From Phoronis australis (lineage: Eukaryota > Animalia > Phoronida), in assembly GCA_002633005.1 (NCBI GenBank), contig NMRA01000270.1, forward strand, positions 456,345 through 520,344: a DNA stretch of 64,000 nucleotides, read 5' to 3'. Position numbers and translations under genes: made by a program. The stretch's first letter is position 1, and every line of letters begins with the position of its first letter. Under the pieces are notes generated by a model. It was given only the letters and a program-made list of their open reading frames with translations, ran no database searches and was not told where the DNA came from. This document shows positions 58,548 through 64,000 of this stretch, in pieces.

Positions 58548-61500
58548 TTCACAACTTTTATTTAAATCCACTCTAAAAAGGTATTGATGACAACGTGGGG
58601 GTTAAGAAAATAGTTCATGTTGTTTATGGAAAAAAATTTTGAACGCCTTTGAAATGCACTTGTGTGGTAAATTGAATATTTTACCAGGTAAAATCTCACC
58701 ATTTTAAATTTCAACATGGAAGACAAGGGGAGGTCTAACTTTTATGTTCAACACATAACACCAAATAAATACTTTATAATTTTAAATTTCCATAGCACTC
58801 TCAAAACCACCACCAGAAATTGTGGACACTCACGAAAATGCCCCATTCTTTAAATGAAAAAATCAGTTTAGACCAATATTTTTTCTGAACTCGGTGACAT
58901 TTTTACGATATTGATGAAATGAATATGTGCATTCCTTAACATGGCACAAACCCACTGTTTATAAAGGATCAGTTTCTAGTTGTGCGGAAATGTGAACTCA
59001 ATAAAACACTCCTTGTCTCTAAACAGGTGAGCCATTTCCTGTCGCTACGACCAGGTCACGATTACCTGTGTCAGCCTCTATTTAATCTTGAATCTCATCT
59101 GAAGTCTGAAATGAATTTATCACAGGGTTTAACTGATTGGTATTTCATACTTTAACTTGAATATCAACTTATTTCAACATCTTTGCAGCCTAACTTCTGA
59201 CAATAGAAGTATTAAGCTTTAATTTCATTCAGTTAAGAAGGCAATGCAATATGAATTATTACTAGTTGACATCATGAAACCTTGAGTTTACTAAGTCCCC
59301 GTTTACAGACTGGCTAAACCGCTAGCGGTTTCACTAGCACTTCCTCAAGAAGTAAAAAGATCAGTAATGTCATTAAGTTACAAGAATTGCTTTTACTGGC
59401 GCTTTGCTAGCAGTTTGATTTACACCAAATCTGCTGGCCTTTTTGTTAAAACTTTTGTAGCCAGACCATTCACTTCAAAGGACACACATGGGCAGCGGTA
59501 CCAGGCCTTTGTTTATTGTCGTATTAATCAGTTTATGGCAGAGTGAAGGTGTTTTGACAACAATTCTTGATTAAAAGTGATTCAGGTGGTGAGAAAACAA
59601 ACTAACTGCTGGCGTTTTTGCCACTAATCTGAACATACCGGTAGTATATATGACTCTGTAATGGAACAGTAAAAATTCTATGGGTTGGGTCAGTGAAAAA
59701 CTAATTATTTTACCCAAGGTCAGAGCTTGTACCATATTTTAGAAATAAGCAATATTGGTTAACCAAATTCTAGAATTAAAATACACTGACAAACGATCAT
59801 TCACCTTCATGCCATGGGGATGCATGAAAATGTTGCATCAGTCCTAATGTTCAACAATTTTAACAACTACCAAGTCTATTTTGAGACTGTTAATACAAAA
59901 TGCAATGTCAAATATTTAAGAAATACGATGACTGCCGAAGTTGCTCAAGTCCCAATCTTCAGAATGAAGAAAATTCAATTTGCCTTGAATTTCAGTGTCC
60001 CAAAATTTGGAGACTGTCCCAAATGAACTGGAGATTTTTTACCAGAGTAAAATTGCAATATTCACATCTACTGCAGTTTCAAGTGGTAGTCTCTGGTCAA
60101 AGTGATTAGCACCAACGATCAAATATCTCACTTCCATGAGTTATCAAGAGGTAACTACCTTCCTCTTTCTGAAGTACCTGGTAGATCACATTTCTAACAC
60201 TGGTTTACAACCTGCCTGTGGTTTACAAGGGCTATGTTTACAGTCTGTTACTCACTAGTCAAAAGCTTTTCCGAAAATGCATGAAGTTTCATAATAGTCC
60301 TGCAGTGTATACATTTAATGGTCTATAACAATCCCTATAAACAACAAATGCATGTTGACATTCTCTGGCAAATAAGTCCAGTATTGAGGCCAGGACTAGG
60401 CTAAAGTCAACCTTATCTACTGCTAAGTGTCAAGTCAATAAAAACAACATGGTCCATGTCAGAGTGGAGTTTGTGTTTGTTTTTTCTTCAGGTTTAGGAT
60501 AAGAAGGAGAGGCTTGGGTAAACAAGGTTGTTTATATAAAATAAGAATGTTTATTTACCCCTGAGAATTTATAGAACTTTCTAAGAATACAGATAAGGCA
60601 AACAAAATGTCTTGATAAAATAATAATTATGGGAAGAAATCATGTTTTTGTTCTTTCGGCTGCTTTATGCTCCCAATTTCAGCAATAGAAAAATCTTCAA
60701 ATTGCAGTTTAAGAACTATAGTTTTGTGTAGTTTAAGAACATTTCCAAAGGCGAGCTTTACATGAAATTCAGTTACATAAACAAAACAAAACGAAACAAA
60801 GGCATTTAAAAAGACTCAAAACGAAAAATTAAAATTGGAGCATACTTAAGTCTCCATAAAAGAGACATAAAGATCACATCTCACACATTCCAAATAGGAG
60901 GGCTGAGTGCCCTTAGTTACAACATAACAACACCCAACAAACCAGTTACGGCTGCACCAAGACAACACATACTCAACTACAAAGTTGAAGACTAAATGTT
61001 ACCTGAGAATATTTTACCAGCCCATCACACTTATTCTGATATGAAACAATCATTGTTCTTCTCGTACAACCCTGCAGACGGATTCTTCTGAAGCCATGAT
61101 AAACCATTCTCCGGGCAAAGCAAACTTTTATCTTTGCACCAATGTGAATTATAAAAGGTGGTTAACGATATAAAAAGTCTGCGTGCACTTCAACAACTCG
61201 TATCAAAATTTGAAAATCAATCAAGGAGATACAAAGCAAAGTGTTATGTTAAACACCCTGCAAGTAATCTGCCTGAATTTGAATTAATTCTGCAGCCCAC
61301 TGAATTAATAATGAAGTCTAAATGACCCTATTCAAGACAGCCAAGTCCATGGTAACACGTGGGCATGATAATAGCATTGAACACTTACGGAGTTCAAAAT
61401 TCTATAAGCTATAAGGATTTCGGAACACTGTCAAAATGAATTACAGTAAAAAAATTCGATTTGGGACAAAAATAGCCGACATATTTTTACTTTTCAGACG

Positions 61501-63005
61501 CTTGCCACACTGGTGCAAATACAAATTTTGCAAATACAAATTTACCTTGAGTGTTGTTTGGCAATAGCTACGCCATACAATTGATATGAAGTATGCTGAA
61601 AACAAAGTAAATCTTCCATAAAAGTAATTTTTGTTGAGAAATTTAACAAATTGAAAATTCGCCTGTTCACCATATTGTGCCCCAAGCTGAAACATTTTTA
61701 CTGTAACTGTTTTTATGCTTCACAAAAGTCAATTTACAATAAGTTGTCTTCTTAAAATGTCCTTTTCTGATTTCATAATTTATCAAAAGCAAAGATAGTT
61801 TGTTTAGATTTGTACAAATGAAAATGAACCGATTGCCAGTTTAACTAAAAAACAAATGAAATCGAATTGATGTGATGGAGTTCAGTCCAGCCCTACCTTT
61901 CATTCAAATAAATGAGTCATCTAACAAGGAAATTCATTTGAGCCATCCAAGTAATTTTTACAACTCGGACTTTATTTTCTCTCTGGAGTGAAGAGGAAAG
62001 AGATCAAATTAGGCTGGGTATATTGGAGAATAAACAGGTAAAAGGTGTGGAGGACTGGTGAGTTGGACTGTTGTCCAATGCCCCAACAAAGGGGTCACAA
62101 GTTAGTTAGGTGCGACCACAACTTTACCCTCTTTTAATATTTCTACAATAACAAAGCAAACGGAACTGCAAGTCCTAATCCAAGCATTTTGCTCATTCAT
62201 TACATTTCATGAATTATAAAGCCAAGTTTTATTGACTGGGGAATTAGTTCAGCTAAATCTGCAAAAATGACATAAAACTTATAATCCATACAACAAACTG
62301 CCCAAGTGATCCAGGTAATAATGTTGTCAACTATTCAATAGTAATAGACTTATCTTAATCCACATTTAAGGTGACACTTTGGAGCACTTTACAAATAGCC
62401 CACAGTGTTAAATGAATGAGTCATTTAAAACTAACAATGAGACCCATTGAGTTAACCCAGTCAGGCAAACACATAAATTGTACCAATCAACTGGTGATCA
62501 TAGTAAGATCCCCAAACATAGATTTTTATATTAAAAACACTTGCACACAGATTGAAACTACCTTTTAACAAGAGTTTTAGGATCAAGAACAAGATCAAGC
62601 GTACGGTTACAGATTGCGCGGCCTCTCTTACGTCTTGTTTAGTTAGGCCACATGCATGACTCATCACCTCCTCAGCTGGGACGACCATTCTCAAGCAACA
62701 GTGTTCTTGTCGATTCGCTTAACACTTATCTAGACGAAGATCGCCGGACCAATGTTGAGAAGTGATCAATGATGATTGCAGTGCCGATTTTTTGCCCGGT
62801 GATACTTTCAAATAAATCCAATGCGATTAAATCGTGAAGTAAACAAGTCAATCCACGCGAATCAAGCCCGGAAGTTCGTCCATAACTATGCTAACTATGT
62901 CAGAGATTCGAAAATTGTCCGACATTTCAATCATACCCGAGGCAAATTCCTTCCTCAAAAGCCTCCTTAGGAGTCGGATTTGAAATAAATGAACAATGCA
63001 CTTAC

Positions 63006-63150
63006 CTAAATCAATGTTGAGATACTTCTAACGGACTTAGGGGAAATTTAGTAAAGTTTTGAAGTGCGCTTGGAACCTATGATGGTATGTTTGGAATGAC
63101 ACAAAGAATCTAGACAACGTATTTTACCACTGCGCATTACCCACTGCGCA
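63006..63150 (-). promoter_or_regulatory. Candidate TEAD non-coding first exon / core promoter region
   Basis: Strong minus-strand donor TAG|GTAAGT at 63005; locally CpG-richer sequence 62600-63650; duplicated CCACTGCGCA motif at 63127-63150; the first coding exon has an acceptor, so an upstream exon is required. Confidence 0.45.
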
Positions 63151-64000
63151 GGGGTGGAACTTAAATAATAATGAGAAATGAAAGTCTGATCACGCCGCGA
63201 TGGCTCGTTTGGCAGGTGCGAGGCCAATTTGCGCCGATGTTATCAGACCTTGACGGCCGAAAAGGTTTAAATTACACGCTCGAAAGGAAAGTGGATTTTA
63301 ATGCTTTGGCACAAAATGTTTTTGTGAGCAAATATATTGCACTATTGCCGATTGCTTATCTGTGCCCATCAAAACCATAGATATACACAACTGGCAAAGT
63401 AGTTAGTGGCATGTGTGAATATCTTCCTATTTGACAGTTTTGTGAGGGGTCGGCAACGTTGCTCTCCACTTATGTCCGGCCAGTCATGTCCAGTTAAAAA
63501 ATTCTGTAAATATATCACCTGAAGTGTATACCTCCAAAAAGTGAAATATTCGCATTTGATTTATCATTGCCACCTTGTGCCGTACCGGCGATTGACGGAA
63601 CAGGGAAGTGGTGCACAAATCTCGGAACTCCTTGGCAGTGTACTTTGTGATCTAAATTCTGGAGCGAATGAATTCTGTGTTTCAATGTCCTGTTTAATAT
63701 TGGGGCTGAGGAAACAGCTATTTGGTGAAAATAATTATTTTTCGAAATATATACTTTTATTTTTTCATAACTTACAGATCAGAAAACGGGTATCGATTCC
63801 TTCGAAAAACAAAGAGATATCCTGAAGCGTTAAACTTAGGCAAATTGTTGAAAATTATCCGGATTAAGGTAATGTAATCTTATGTAGACAAGTCAAGTCC
63901 GTGCATTTTGTCGAATGTCTGCAAAACTAAATTTTAACTCAAGAAAAGTATATATGTTCCAGTCTAAATGTAGAAAGCCTGTATAATTTGATATTTCGAT

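Overview
Intron-rich, AT-rich genomic DNA from an animal, most likely an invertebrate bilaterian; the species cannot be fixed from the sequence alone. Three spliced genes can be reconstructed exon by exon with GT-AG boundaries and consistent phases. (1) TSPO/translocator protein, minus strand, 8045-18914: THREE divergent, intact, phase-0 first coding exons (each encoding TM1 plus loop 1) sit upstream of one shared set of three constant exons. (2) Parvin, plus strand, 23020-33683: 12 coding exons, 363 aa; exon 5 occurs twice across a single-N join, probably a haplotype artefact. (3) TEAD/scalloped, minus strand, 37987-50096, about 416-423 aa: the DNA-recognition half of the TEA domain is encoded by two tandem 128-nt paralogous exons 43 nt apart (mutually exclusive architecture), and there is a candidate UUG start plus candidate microexons. 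The first 4.3 kb is a mosaic of duplicated, decayed gene fragments including four ankyrin-repeat exon copies. Introns and intergenic DNA carry many non-autonomous DNA transposons (TAG..CTA-ended elements with 9-bp TSDs, one nested in itself; a CAGGGC-ended element with a 6-bp TSD; Tc1/mariner-type MITEs), tRNA-derived SINEs, a Penelope-like hairpin, minisatellites and one 589-N gap. All splice models are read from genomic signals only and need RNA evidence.
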